Source of the DNA: Eledone cirrhosa
Taxonomy: Eukaryota
NCBI GenBank assembly: GCA_964016885.1
Contig: OZ024742.1
Span: 126,542,001 to 126,606,000, forward strand
Reading direction: 5' to 3'
Length of the DNA stretch: 64,000 nucleotides
The notes beneath the pieces were generated by a model. The model was not told the origin of the DNA. It worked only from the letters and a program-made list of their open reading frames with translations, and searched no databases. The stretch's first letter is position 1. The number at the start of each line of letters is the position of its first letter. This document shows, in pieces, positions 14,191 through 27,849 of the stretch. The translations under genes and the position numbers were made by a program.

Positions 14191-14368
14191 GTGGTAGAAC
14201 AATGGAAGGTATATCCGTAGTGGTAGAGCATTCAGTCCATGGGACGAGTTAGGCAGAAGAGGTTACACAACAGTTAGTTCACCATACCGAGAACAATTGT
14301 TTCACCTTAGCAGATCCTCTAAGGTGAAACAATTGTTCCTGGTATGGTGAACTAACTGTTGTGTAACC
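14191..14368. mobile_element. Fold-back short element with hammerhead 3' halves, flanked by (TA)n
   Basis: 50-bp inverted arms 14261-14310 / 14319-14368 with an 8-nt loop. Both arms carry GAAAC-AATT-GTT (palindromic stem III). Confidence 0.8.
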
Positions 14369-14369
14369 G

Positions 14370-14442
<73 letters not shown>

Positions 14443-14530
14443 GATAGTCTGCACTGGTTTAAATGTCCAAGAAACACGGTATGACAACGACGGCGCTCTT
14501 ACAAATCAATCATTATATATACATATATGA

Positions 14531-14564
<34 letters not shown>

Positions 14565-15019
14565 TGTTTATTATATATTCTGCTGCCGGAATCAATAACT
14601 ATTCATTGAAAATTAAATTTATTTATTATTTATCCTATCCGAATGAATGCGAAGAAAAACCTGAAAGAATTTATCAATTTTCCTGGTTGCATTTTTTCTT
14701 TTCTCCTTTGTTTTTTCTGTTTTTCCCTATCGGTTTGCAAGCATAAAGCACAATGTATGAAACAGACGCTCAAAAAGATATTGTTGAAAGAAAGCAAAGA
14801 AATCGATAGGAAGGAACGATTTATTTATTACTCTGGAGATATTACTGAGTAAATTCTTAACCACTTCAAACAGAACCAGCAAAACATGTTCAATGTCATC
14901 GGGTAATACGAACTATGAGGCAGAAATGATGTCAGCAAGCTGTCTCTACCCACGACCAGCTTTCCATTCATTGTCATTTTTGTATTTTATCTTATTTCAA
15001 TTATGTTTACATATGTAGT

Positions 15020-15560
15020 GGCACGTTGATCAGTGGTTAAGTTTGTGGGCTTACGATTGTAAACTGGTAGGTACGATCTTAGAACCGGAAAAGCGTTGTG
15101 TCCTTGTGTAAGTTTGTGGGCTCACGGTGGTAAGGTCGTAGGTACAATCTTAGAACCGGACAAGCGTTGTGTCCTTGTGGAAGTTTGTGGGCTCACGGTG
15201 GTAAGGTCGTAGGTACAATCTTAGAACCGGGCGAGCGTTGTGTCCTTGTGTAAGCTTGTGGGCTCACGGTGGTCAGGCCGTAGGTACGATCTTTGCACGG
15301 GGTGAAAGTTGTGACCTTGTGGAAGTTTGTGGGCTCACGGTGATAAGGTCGTAGGTACAATCATTGAACTGGGCAGGCATTGTGACCTTGTGGAAGTTTG
15401 TGGGCTCACGGTGGTCAGGCCGTAGGCACGATCTTTGCATGGGGTGAAAGTTGTGACCTTGTGGAAGTTTGTGGGCTCACGGTGGTCAGGCCGTAGGTAT
15501 GATCTTTGCACGGGCGAAAGTTGTGTCCTTCTGTAAGCCTCTTCATTCAATTTTCCCTCA
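15020..15560 (+). repeat. Tandem array (7 x 71 bp) of a SINE family B head
   Basis: Unit aagtttgtgggctcacggtggtaaggtcgtaggtacaatcttagaaccggacaagcgttgtgtccttgtgg. Resembles the tRNA-like heads at 25138 and 41045. Confidence 0.85.
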
Positions 15561-15769
15561 GTGTAATCAACTAATAAAAAAACAAAGATCAAAACAAAAC
15601 AAAAAGAGTACTACCAGCAGCTGGGAGCTCAATTTGCTACGAACTGAAATCGCGCCCTGTGGGGCATCTTGTACTTTCAATCGTTTAACGCCCCACGAAT
15701 CCTGGATACGTTCCAGCCTTGTGAATCTTTTGATTAAAGGCAGACAATGTTTTTGATGTTGTGATGGAC

Positions 15770-15945
15770 TTCCCTCGGTTGCAACGATGAATGTTCACAT
15801 TATTTGATCAAAGGAACATCCTTCCTAAGAAATTAACGGGTAAGTGACAGAGCGTTCCATAGACACGAGTACCCTTAACTTAACTCTTAGTGAGATTCAG
15901 CGTGACATATTGTGTTACAGAGCTGGTTCTTTGAATCACAGACAC
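15770..15945 (-). mobile_element. SINE family B 3' part
   Basis: Reverse complement of the body seen at 41210-41370 (cacagacacg..acccttaac..gagattcagcgtgaca). Confidence 0.75.
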
Positions 15946-17338
15946 AATCCACCCGACAGGTTTTCAGACAGGTTCTGTGTACCCAAGTTAACTCACAACT
16001 AGTAGCTATTGTAAATTACGCTTGTTTAATATAGCATGCAGTAATATTGAACCATGCATCTATTGATTGCGAAGCAAACTCCTTATCCAATCTGCCATGC
16101 TGCATATGTTTTTAACGTTACATCTGTTATTTATATCAGTAATTATGCTTGCAAAATAAACAAACAAGATATTATACACTCGTTATGTAAGAAAGGAAAT
16201 ATTTGCGGTATTGTTTGTAGGAAAATCTTGAACTGAAATACGAAAAGTCATTGACTTGTAGATGATTTAATATCGGTTATTTTTTTTTTAAATAGATATC
16301 ACTATACCCATGAAAACACGTCAAAATATACAACTAAAAGAAAAAGCTCCAGAAATAGCCGAAAAGATGTAACACTAAGATAGGTTACTCCATTTTGTAG
16401 GAAGTTGTAATAACATATTTTGAAAGGTCTACCTAAAGACCGTAAAAACAGACGATTGGGAAGGAAAAGCATTAAGTCGTTTGTGTGCGCGGGGAGGTGG
16501 TTCTAAGTTTAGCTTCCAGGATAATCAAGGAGTGCTTTTTCGTTTAACTGCCGGAATAAAATCTGGATAGGTGAAAATTGTAAGATGAAAATTGAAACAT
16601 ACCGTTATAAGAAATAAGAAATTGAGGAAAATAACTTGCAGGCAGACCAGAATAAATTCTTTAGAACACTTACCTAAAAAAGAAAAAAAAAAAGAAAGGG
16701 AAAGAATCGTTAGTTTTTTAGTTTTTCATTTTTTGTTAAATTTATAAACATAGAATTTAATGTTAATGGCGTACTCTCTCAAAGGAAATCAAAAGAAAAA
16801 TATGTAGAAAATATAAAATGGTGAATATGCAGAGTCTGTATGGCGTTGGATAAAATATCTTGCCGTATTCGTTCCAGCTCTCTGTCCTCTGAGTTCAAAT
16901 CCCACCGAGGTAAACTTTGCCTTTCATTCTTCCGGTGGAAAAAAAAAACTTCGGTGTCATTTTCTTTACTCTCCCCCCCCCACTCTCTTTCTTAGATGAA
17001 GTCTGTTGTCGTCGAACCTGGAGGGGAATAAACCCCAACAGATTTAAACACAAAAGTCACAATTAGAAATTGGAGGGAGGGAGAGGGGGGGGGGGGTTTA
17101 GCTAAATCGAGTACTGAACTGGTATTTCATTTTATTAACTTTGGAAGGATGAAGGGAAAAGTGGGATTTGAACACAAAACGTAAATAATCGGAAGAAATA
17201 CATATTAAATAACATAAATATCAAAAGAAAATAGTTCATCGTTAAAAAAAAGGAAAACAAGCAAGAACGAACAAGACACTACAAGTTCAAACTGGACTCT
17301 CCAGTGAGATGAAACATTCAGTGATTGTTACACTGCAT

Positions 17339-20300
17339 CGCTTCAAACATCAAAGATATGGTAGACAGAGCTATGTTTTATGTCCACTTCACATATCAAA
17401 GATACAGTAGACAGAGCTATGTTTTATGTCCACTTCACATATCAAAGATACAGTAGACAGAGCTATGTGTTATGTCCACTTCACATATCAAAGATATAGT
17501 AGACAGAGCTATGTGTTATGTCCACTTCACACATAACAAAGATACAGTAGACAGAGCCATGTGTTATGTCCACTTCACATATCACAGATACGGTAGACAG
17601 AGCTATGTGTTATGTCCACTTCACATATCACAGATACAGTAGACAGAGCTATGTGTTATGTCCACTTCACATATCACAGATACAGTAGACAGAGCTATGT
17701 GTTATGTCCACTTCACATATCACAGATACAGTAGACAGAGCTATGTGTTATGTCCACTTCACATATCACAGATACAGTAGACAGAGCTATGTGTTATGTC
17801 CACTTCAAAATATCAAAGATACAGTAGACAGAGCTATGTGTTATGTCCACTTCACATATCAAAGATACGATAGACAGAGCTATGTGTTATGTCCACTTCA
17901 CATATCAAATATACAATAGACAGAGCTATGTGTTATGTCCACTTCACATATCAAAGATACGGTAGACAGAGCTATGTGTTATGTCCACTTCACATATCAA
18001 AGATACAGTAGACAGAGCTATGTGTTATGTCCACTTCACATATCAAATATACAATAGACAGAGCTATGTGTTATGTCCACTTCACATATCAAAGATACGG
18101 TAGACAGAGCTATGTGTTATGTCCACTTCACATATCACAGATACAGTAGACAGAGCTATATGTTATGTCCACTTCACATATCAAAGATATAGTAGACAGA
18201 GCTATATGTTATGTCCACTTCACATATCAAAGATACAGTAGACAGAGCTATGTGTTATGTCCACTTCACATATCAAAGATACAGAAGACAGAGCTATGTG
18301 TTATGTCCACTTCACATATCAAAGATACAGTAGACAGAGCTATGTGTTATGTCCACTTCACATATCAAAGATACAGTAGACAGAGCTATGTGTTATGTCC
18401 ACTTCACATATCAAAGATACAGTAGACAGAGCTATGTGTTATGTCCACTTCACATATCAAAGATACAGTAGACAGAGCTATGTGTTATGTCCACTTCACA
18501 TATCAAAGATACAGTGGACAGAGCTATGTGTTATGTCCACTTCACATATCAAAGATACGATAGACAGAGCTATGTGTTATGTCCACTTCACATATCACAG
18601 ATACAGTGGACAGAGCTATGTGTTATGTCCACTTCACATATCAAAGATACAGTAGACAGAGCTATGTGTTATGTCCACTTCACATATCAAAGATATAGTA
18701 GACAGAGCTATGTGTTATGTCCATTTCACACATATCAAAGATACAGTAGACAGAGCTATGTGTTATGTCCACTTCACATATCAAAGATACAGTAGACAGA
18801 GCTATGTGTTATGTCCACTTCACATATCAAAGATACAGTAGACAGAGCTATGTGTTATGTCCACTTCACATATCAAAGATATAGTAGACAGAGCTATGTT
18901 TTATGTCCATTTCACACATATCAAAGATACAGTAGACAGAGCCATGTGTTATGTCCACTTCACATATCACAGATACAGTAGACAGAGCTATGTGTTATGT
19001 CCACTTCACATATCACAGATACAGTGGACAGAGCTATGTGTTATGTCCACTTCACATATCAAAGATACAGTAGACAGAGCTATGTGTTATGTCCACTTCA
19101 CATATCAAAGATACAGTGGACAGAGCTATGTGTTATGTCCACTTCACATATCACAGATACAGTGGAGAGAGCTATGTGTTATGTCCACTTCACATATCAC
19201 AGATACAGTAGACAGAGCTATGTGTTATGTCCACTTCACATATCAAAGATACAGTAGACAGAGCTATGTGTTATGTCCACTTCACATATCAAAGATACGA
19301 TAGACAGAGCTATGTGTTATGTCCACTTCACATATCACAGATACAGTAGACAGAGCTATGTGTTATGTCCACTTCACATATCACAGATACAGTAGACAGA
19401 GCTATGTGTTATGTCCACTTCACATATCACAGATACAGTAGACAGAGCTATGTGTTATGTCCACTTCACACATAACAAAGATGCAGTATACAGAGCTATG
19501 TGTTATGTCCACTTCACATATCAAAGATACAGTAGACAGAGCTATGTGTTATGTCCACTTCACATATCAAAGATATAGTAGACAGAGCTATGTGTTATGT
19601 CCACTTCACATATCAAAGATACAGAAGACAGAGCTATGTGTTATGTCCACTTCACATATCAAAGATACAGTAGACAGAGCTATGTGTTATGTCCACTTCA
19701 CATATCACAGATACAGTAGACAGAGCTATGTGTTATGTCCACTTCACATATCAAAGATACAGTAGACAGAGCTATGTGTTATGTCCACTTCACATATCAC
19801 AGATACAGTAGACAGAGCTATGTGTTATGTCCACTTCACACATAACAAAGATGCAGTAGACAGAGCTATGTGTTATGTCCACTTCACATATCAAAGATAC
19901 AGTAGACAGAGCTATGTGTTATGTCCACTTCACATATCAAAGATACAGAAGACAGAGCTATGTGTTATGTCCACTTCACATATCACAGATACAGTAGACA
20001 GAGCTATGTGTTATGTCCACTTCACATATCAAAGATACAGAAGACAGAGCTATGTGTTATGTCCACTTCACATATCAAAGATACGATAGACAGAGCTATG
20101 TGTTATGTCCACTTCACATATCACAGATACAGTAGACAGAGCTATGTGTTATGTCCACTTCACATACCAAAGATACAGTAGACAGAGCTATGTGTTATGT
20201 CCACTTCACGTATCAAAGATACAGTAGACAGAGCTATGTGTTATGTCCACTTCACATATCAAAGATACAGTAGACAGAGCTATGTGTTATGTCCACTTCA

Positions 20301-22378
20301 CATATCAAAGATACAGTAGACAGAGCTATGTGTTATGTCCACTTCACATATCAAAGATACAGAAGACAGAGCTATGTGTTATGTCCACTTCACATATCAA
20401 AGATACGATAGACAGAGCTATGTGTTATGTCCACTTCACATATCACAGATACAGTAGACAGAGCTATGTGTTATGTCCACTTCACATACCAAAGATACAG
20501 TGGACAGAGCTATGGGTTATGTCCACTTCACATACCAAAGATACAGTAGACAGAGCTATGTGTTATGTCCACTTCACATATCAAAGATACGATAGACAGA
20601 GCTATGTGTTATGTCCACTTCACATATCACAGATACAGTGGACAGAGCTATGTGTTATGTCCACTTCACATATCACAGATACAGTGGACAGAGCTATGTG
20701 TTATGTCCACTTCACATATCAAAGATACAGTTGACAGAGCTATGTGTTGTGTCCACTTCACATATCAAAGATACAGTGGACAGAGCTATGTGTTATGTCC
20801 ACTTCACATATCAAAGATACAGTAGACAGAGCTATGTGTTATGTCCACTTCACATATCAAAGATACAGTAGACAGAGCTATGTGTTATGTCCACTTCACA
20901 TATCAAAGATACAGTGGACAGAGCTATGTGTTATGTCCACTTCACATATCACAGATACAGTAGACAGAGCTATGTGTTATGTCCACTTCACATATCAAAG
21001 ATACAGTAGACAGAGCTATGTGTTATGTCCACTTCACATATCAAAGATACGATAGACAGAGCTATGTGTTATGTCCACTTCACATATCACAGATACAGTA
21101 GACAGAGCTATGTGTTATGTCCACTTCACATACCAAAGATACAGTAGACAGAGCTATGTGTTATGTCCACTTCACATATCAAAGATATAGTAGACAGAGC
21201 TATGTGTTATGTCCACTTCACACATAACAAAGATACAGTAGACAGAGCTATGTGTTATGTCCACTTCACATATCAAAGATACAGTAGACAGAGCTATGTG
21301 TTATGTCCACTTCACATATCAAAGATACAGAAGACAGAGCTATGTGTTATGTCCACTTCACATATCAAAGATACGATAGACAGAGCTATGTGTTATGTCC
21401 ACTTCACATATCACAGATACAGTAGACAGAGCTATGTGTTATGTCCACTTCACATACCAAAGATACAGTAGACAGAGCTATGTGTTATGTCCACTTCACA
21501 TATCAAAGATACAGTAGACAGAGCTATGTGTTATGTCCACTTCACATATCAAAGATACAGTAGACAGAGCTATGTGTTATGTCCACTTCACATAACAAAG
21601 ATACAGTAGACAGAGCTATGTGTTATGTCCACTTCACATATCAAAGATATAGTAGACAGAGCTATGTGTTATGTCCACTTCACATAACAAAGATACAGTA
21701 GACAGAGCTATGTGTTATGTCCACTTCACATATCAAAGATACAGAAGACAGAGCTATGTGTTATGTCCACTTCACATATCAAAGATACGATAGACAGAGC
21801 TATGTGTTATGTCCACTTCACATATCAAAGATACAGAAGACAGAGCTATGTGTTATGTCCACTTCACATATCACAGATACAGTAGACAGAGCTATGTGTT
21901 ATGTCCACTTCACATACCAAAGATACAGTGGACAGAGCTATGGGTTATGTCCACTTCACATACCAAAGATACAGTAGACTGAGCTATGTGTTATGTCCAC
22001 TTCACATATCACAGATACAGTAGACAGAGCTATGTGTTATGTCCACTTCACATATCACAGATACAGTAGACAGAGCTATGTGTTATGTCCACTTCACATA
22101 CCAAAGATACAGTAGACAGAGCTATGTGTTATGTCCACTTCACATATCACAGATACAGTAGACAGAGCTATGTGTTATGTCCACTTCACATACCAAAGAT
22201 ACAGTGGACAGAGCTATGGGTTATGTCCACTTCACATATCAAAGATACAGTAGACAGAGCTATGTGTTATGTCCACTTCACACATATCAAAGATACAGTG
22301 GACAGAGCTATGTGTTATGTCCACTTCACATATCAAAGATACAGTAGACAGAGCTATATGTTATGTCCACTTCACACA
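17339..22378. repeat. 46-bp minisatellite/satellite, about 109 copies
   Basis: Unit gtagacagagctatgtgttatgtccacttcacatatcaaagataca, with occasional 48-bp variants. Confidence 0.99.
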
Positions 22379-22396
22379 AGCAACTTTATCAAATGA

Positions 22397-23310
22397 CTAG
22401 CAGTAAAGCCCGGCGTTGCTCGGGGTCGCTCAGTAGCTGTGTTAAAGTTACAATGTTAAGTTTCTTTCTTGGCTTAAAAACTGTAGTGTCTACTGTGCAG
22501 ACTTGCATGTGGTGTTTTTGATTAATATTCCCTCAACCAACAATATGCCTTATGAAGTTAAGAAAACATAACGATAACCCGAATGTTATAACAAAAGAGG
22601 ATGCTGGGGATAGAAACTGCACTGGTTATTTATTAACAAAGATCGAAAATGTAAACACTGCAACGCAGAGAAAAACATTAGCGTAACCAAATTATCAGTC
22701 ATGTCTGTCTGCACGCCTATATCACATCTCTGCACGACTGTCTGTCTGCACGCCTATATCACCTCTCTGCACGACTGTCTGTCTGCACGCCTATATCACC
22801 TCTCTGCACGACTATCTGTCTGCACGCGTATATCACCTCTCTGCACGACTGTCTGTCTGCACGACTGTCTGTCTGCACGCCTAACCACGAAATATTTGCT
22901 TGTTTTACGTAGTCTTTAAATAGACTTGTTTTCAAGTAAAAATATTGTTTTAAAATGCTTTTAAATGGAAATGAAGCAAAACGGAAGATCAGTGTTCGAA
23001 CTGATGAATTTTGCAGGTCAATATTTTGCTGGCTCGACAACTGTTAAAGCCAGCGTAATTTTTTTACGTAAGACGCTCAATGTAAACAGAACAAAGGGAA
23101 ATAACTGATAACTTACGCTCAAAAATCGATACATTATATTCGATTTCGTCACATAGGGTGGGTCAATTTGAAATTTTTTTTCCCGATGTCTTCGCTAGGG
23201 CTCAATGTACAAGTATAGCAATTTCGGTGCAATTCCGTCAGAGATTCTAAGAGGAGATGTGTGCCAAAAATCGATAGACAGACAGACAACCACAGTTTTA
23301 TATATATAGA
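22397..23310 (-). mobile_element. Non-autonomous Helitron
   Basis: Minus strand begins TCTATATATATAAAACTG and ends CTAG, with a GC hairpin (cccggcgttgctcggg) about 10 nt from the end. Inserted between A and T with no TSD. Termini are shared with 40086-40539. Confidence 0.85.
22702..22882. repeat. ~37-bp tandem repeat inside the Helitron
   Basis: tgtctgtctgcacgcctatatcacctctctgcacgac x ~4.5. Confidence 0.9.
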
Positions 23311-24204
23311 TTGGTAGTGTCAACACGGTTGATAACAAAACTGGATTATTTTAAGGGAAATTTAGAAATGCACAAATCTTTTAGGTAGGTGCCATGACCC
23401 AGTGATTGATATTCTCTGAGTCTGAGAAGCATTTGTAATGACTATTTTTAACATTCTATTAATGTTTTAAATGTTTAACCAACTTTTACCATGTAGTATT
23501 TTACATAAAATGTAAACTGCGCTAATATTATTTTTATAAATACACAAGCGGGTTTCAACTGCATGTTAAAATAATCACCGTAGCAGCAAGGGACAGGTGC
23601 ATTGTCAGACAAGATGAAACAGGTAGTAATAATAGCATTACTGGGAAATAAAATCCATGGATACATTCTGCATAATAAACAAATTGTAAAGTAGTATAAG
23701 AGTATTAGAAAAATAAATACGCAGACACAAACAAACCAGAAATATACAAGACGTGAAATCACGACTGAATAAAAACAAATTGGATTTATATGATTTAATT
23801 GGGATGATGTTGTTATTGTTGTTAATATATTGAAAACTAAAAGAAGAATTCGAGTATTGCGCCGAGCTAGCAGACGATATCATTAGTGTCATCAGCCGAT
23901 GTTGCTCTTTAATTAATGTCTTTTATTTATTCATTTTTAAATGTCACATACTATTACTTAGTTCGCGCCATTTCCTTCTACTGCCAAATAAATGGTCTGT
24001 ATCTAGTGATGTAGTACTTCACACCAGTTATTTCCCTTGGTCTCTCTCTCTCTCTCTCTTATATATATATATATATTGTATTGCAGTATGTACCCCCCCC
24101 TCTCTCTATATATATATATACATAAACACATATATATAATGTTTTTATGTGTCTGTGTGCGTGCGCGTGTGTAAGATTTTCACTTGAGGCAGTATATACT
24201 GGAT

Positions 24205-24606
24205 GAGGGCGGTGAATTGGCTGTACGGGTAGAGCGTTGGATAACATGCTTTGGGGCACAGAGTTACGGCCCTTTACGTTCTGAGTTCAAATCCCGCCGA
24301 GGTTAGCTTTGCCATACATCCTTACGGGGTCGATAAAATAAAGTACCAGTTACGCACTGAGGTTAAGTCAATCGACATTCCACTCCCCTCAAATTATTGG
24401 CCTTGTCCCTAAATGAGAAATGGATTGGCAGTATCGATAGAGGGTCAGATGCCATGCTTTGACGCATAGAGTTACGGCCCTTGCCATTCTGAGTTCAAAT
24501 CCCGCCGAGGTTAACTTTGCCTTTCATCCTTACGGGGTCGATAAAATAAAGTACCAGTAATGCACTGGGTAATTGCTGGCCTTGTGACAAAAGTAGAAAC
24601 TATTAT
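24205..24606 (+). mobile_element. Two tandem SINE family A copies (long form then short form)
   Basis: 24205-24420 and 24422-24606 each have a head, B-box gagttcaaatccc, core and tail. Confidence 0.9.
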
Positions 24607-24644
24607 ATGTACTGGATGCATCATTGCTGAATGATGAAGATAGA

Positions 24645-24950
24645 TGTTCGATTAGGGTTCGATCCCACTGCATCTTATCTTGCGTAAATGTCAGTTACCA
24701 TAGCCACAGTTCGACTCGCACTTTGTGAGTGAAATTGGGTCGACGAAAACTGTATGTAATCATATCGGATGTGATGTATTTGTAATTGAATGGGCTAGCC
24801 TTGTCACACACTGTGTCAGACGGAATCTCCATGAGAATTACGTTAAGTGTACACATGCCTATGGAATGATCAGTCATATACATGTTGGTTTCATGATCAG
24901 GCTGTTCCTTTGATCGAACAACTGGAAAACTCAGCGTCGAAATCGAGACC
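24645..24950 (+). mobile_element. SINE family B, diverged
   Basis: gggttcgatccc B-box. Body gccttgtcacacactgtgtca...gaatctcc..gagaattacgttaag..caggctgttcc..caactggaa. Confidence 0.75.
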
Positions 24951-25137
24951 TAATGATTAAGAATCGAACAACTTAACCATTCAGTCATGCTGCATCCACT
25001 GCAACAGAGTAGAGTTTGCTAAAAGCTCCCAGGGATCGGATGGCGATGATACACTGGGAGACAGATTAACTGTGAATATGGACTACAAAATAAAAAAAAG
25101 AAGAAAAACCCCGAAAATAATACTCTTTAGTTTTTGA

Positions 25138-25245
25138 AGGCGCGTGGCTTAATGGTTAGCGCATTGGATTCACAAACGTGAGGTTGAGAGTTCGATTTCC
25201 AAAGATGCATTATGTCCTTGAGCAAGACTTTATTTCCTATTGTTC
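25138..25245 (+). mobile_element. SINE family B head
   Basis: aggcgcgtggcttaatggttag (A box), gagttcgatttcc (B box), tgtccttgagcaagac. Confidence 0.8.
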
Positions 25246-26024
25246 TTTCTGCCAGGAGTTGCGACCGGTAGATAGTATCAGCAATGAAAAGACTGATGAA
25301 AACACTGCTTTTTATTTTCTAGTTTAATTTGACGAGTTTCACCCTACTCGGTAAGCCAGTGAGGCCTGGGAACTTGTCGAACCATCGAACCGAAAAAAAA
25401 AAAAAGTTTGTCCTCAGTTTTTTAGATCGATTCTTATAGATGGCGTTGGTCTATGATAGAATCATTAGCAACACGTCCCAACTAACAATTCCATCATTGG
25501 AATAAAATATAAATTTCCAATAAAAATATTAGCAAAGTAGAAGAGGGAAAATGTTGCAAAGTAAAATAAAATAACGAAGGCCCACCCTACCTCACTTCTC
25601 CAATAGACAACTTTGTCCTTAACGTTATAGTTCAAATTTCTGCTCTATATTCCAGTAAACTTTTATATTAAAAGATAATAGAATTGGTAGAGACCAGAAA
25701 ACAACAACAACGACACAAACCATTACAAACAATAAAAAGAAATAAGTGATTAAAAAAACAAAAAACTGGCATACTATATTATTATTATTATTATTATTAT
25801 TATTTGGTAAATCCGGTCTCTCTCTCTCTCTCTCTCTCTCTAAAAAGAATTCGGCAATTGGTGATGGTGGTGGTGGGTTAGTGGAACGGAAATGTCAATT
25901 TGTTTTTCAAGAATAGGGTGAGAAAACCAGCACCAACAGAATTTAGTGATCACACAGTCTGTCCAACTGAAGAGATGGTTGTGTTCCTCGAACATAACCA
26001 CTTCCACGTCGCCCCCCCCCCCAT

Positions 26025-26065
<41 letters not shown>

Positions 26066-26496
26066 ATTACCAGCATCGCCTTCACTACCATTATGTACCA
26101 TAACCACCACCTCCACTATGTTCCGCAACTATCACCACGATCACCACCACCATCATTGACTGAAATGACACTGCACTATGATCATCACCCCAACTAATGA
26201 CTCCACTCGCATCTCTATCACTACTAATAATGCCCATCCTACCATTACCACCACTAAAGACCCTCTGTTAACATCACTACAAATTACCAACCTCTAGCAC
26301 TATTAACAACCGACCTAACAGATCTCATTCCCTACACCATTGACATTACCAGCATCTTCTATCCCTTCACCATCATTTCCGGCAAGGGCAGGATTTAGCG
26401 AGGAGGGGTGGTGGAGACGAATGCCCTGGACCGCCCTCATCAAACAGAACCCCTTCCCTCGCCGAACAGGGTCCCTTCTTCTCTCTCTTTTCCTGC

Positions 26497-26566
<70 letters not shown>

Positions 26567-26567
<1 letters not shown>

Positions 26568-26584
26568 ACCTTCCACTGTTCCAC

Positions 26585-26626
<42 letters not shown>

Positions 26627-26688
26627 CCTTCCAGTGTTCCACCACTATATATATATATATATATATATATAACCTTCCACTGTTCCAC

Positions 26689-26691
<3 letters not shown>
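26567..26691 (+). repeat. Three copies of a 21-nt element terminus separated by (TA)n
   Basis: aaccttccactgttccaccac at 26567, 26624 and 26671, equal to the 3' end of the family at 14191 and 69-89. Confidence 0.9.
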
Positions 26692-26751
<60 letters not shown>

Positions 26752-26755
<4 letters not shown>

Positions 26756-26943
26756 GAGGGGACTTTATAACATGTACAGAAAGTTGGTGTTTAGCATGGC
26801 TTGCTTTTCCCGTTTTTAGATTGATTGTCCTTTCGTTCAGACAATTAAGTTTACAAAGAAATGTTTTTTGAAAATCTAAAAACGGAGAAAGCAAGCTATG
26901 CTAAACAACTTTCTGCACATGTTATAAAGTCCCCTCTTTTATA
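26752..26943. mobile_element. Fold-back (MITE-like) element between TA tracts
   Basis: ~70-bp imperfect inverted arms aagaggggactttataacatgt...tttttagatt / aatctaaaaa...acatgttataaagtcccctctt with a ~48-nt spacer. Confidence 0.85.
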
Positions 26944-26988
26944 TATACACATTAGAGCAAACATCACGGGCGCTCTATCTCAAAATTA

Positions 26989-27024
26989 TTTTTGAAAAGC
27001 ATTAGAAATGCGCAACCGGTAAAA
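26989..27024 (+). ncRNA. Degenerate hammerhead motif, U3:A8 variant
   Basis: ttt TTGAAAA gcatt-aga-aatgc GCAA CCG GTA aaa (A13C). The tail 27040-27138 ends in (TA)n. Confidence 0.55.
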
Positions 27025-27241
27025 ACTTAAAACTAAAACTGAATACTAGCCAATACTTAATACTAATTTTTACTTATTCCTAATTAAACTATTTTTCACT
27101 GGGAACAATTTGTCAGCATTTTCTTTTCCTTTTACTAATATATATATATATATATATACAAGGTGCGTTTTCTTTTATTAGCTTTTTTCTTATATAACGT
27201 GATCTGTATAGAACGTTTTCTAACGTCCACATTTTGTTTCA

Positions 27242-27312
<71 letters not shown>

Positions 27313-27849
27313 TATGAGGGCCCACCAAACCTGAACTACACTGGGTTACCCAAGGTTTAAATCTGAGCCTTCTTCCGACACATAAGCAATCCTTCGTTGT
27401 TAGAGCGACCACTACCACCTCATTCAAAGTTATTACGTACGACCCATCACCCCAACCCCACCTTTATCAGAACGAACATTAACATCACCATCTAATTCTT
27501 AAAACATGCTATTTCCATTTACATATTTATTATCAAGAAAATAATCAGCCCGCTAATTTCTGTTTAAAAAATAACAACAAAAAAACTAAGGGACAGATGT
27601 GTTGCACTCTCTGTGATTGGTTATAATATGGTATGATCCAGGTTGCGGTGGAGGTGGTTTGAGTTTGTGGTAATGGTTGTGTGTATGTATGGTTTGTGTG
27701 TGTGTGTATGGGGTGTGTGCGATAATAATTATGGTAATGCTAGGAATAACTGTAATTCTCCCTCTTGTTTTGATTTTGACCCAATTACTCCATCGTTTAT
27801 CAACAAAATTGAAACCAGTTGGAGACACAGAGGGTCAAAAGGTCATTGA

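Noticed and set aside
17339-22378. CRISPR-like array
   Set aside because: No unique spacers and no cas genes. It is a eukaryotic tandem repeat. The same applies to 8520-11135 and 37625-39200.
25138-25210. tRNA gene
   Set aside because: A/B boxes are present but there is no acceptor stem. It continues into SINE body sequence. The same applies to other SINE heads.
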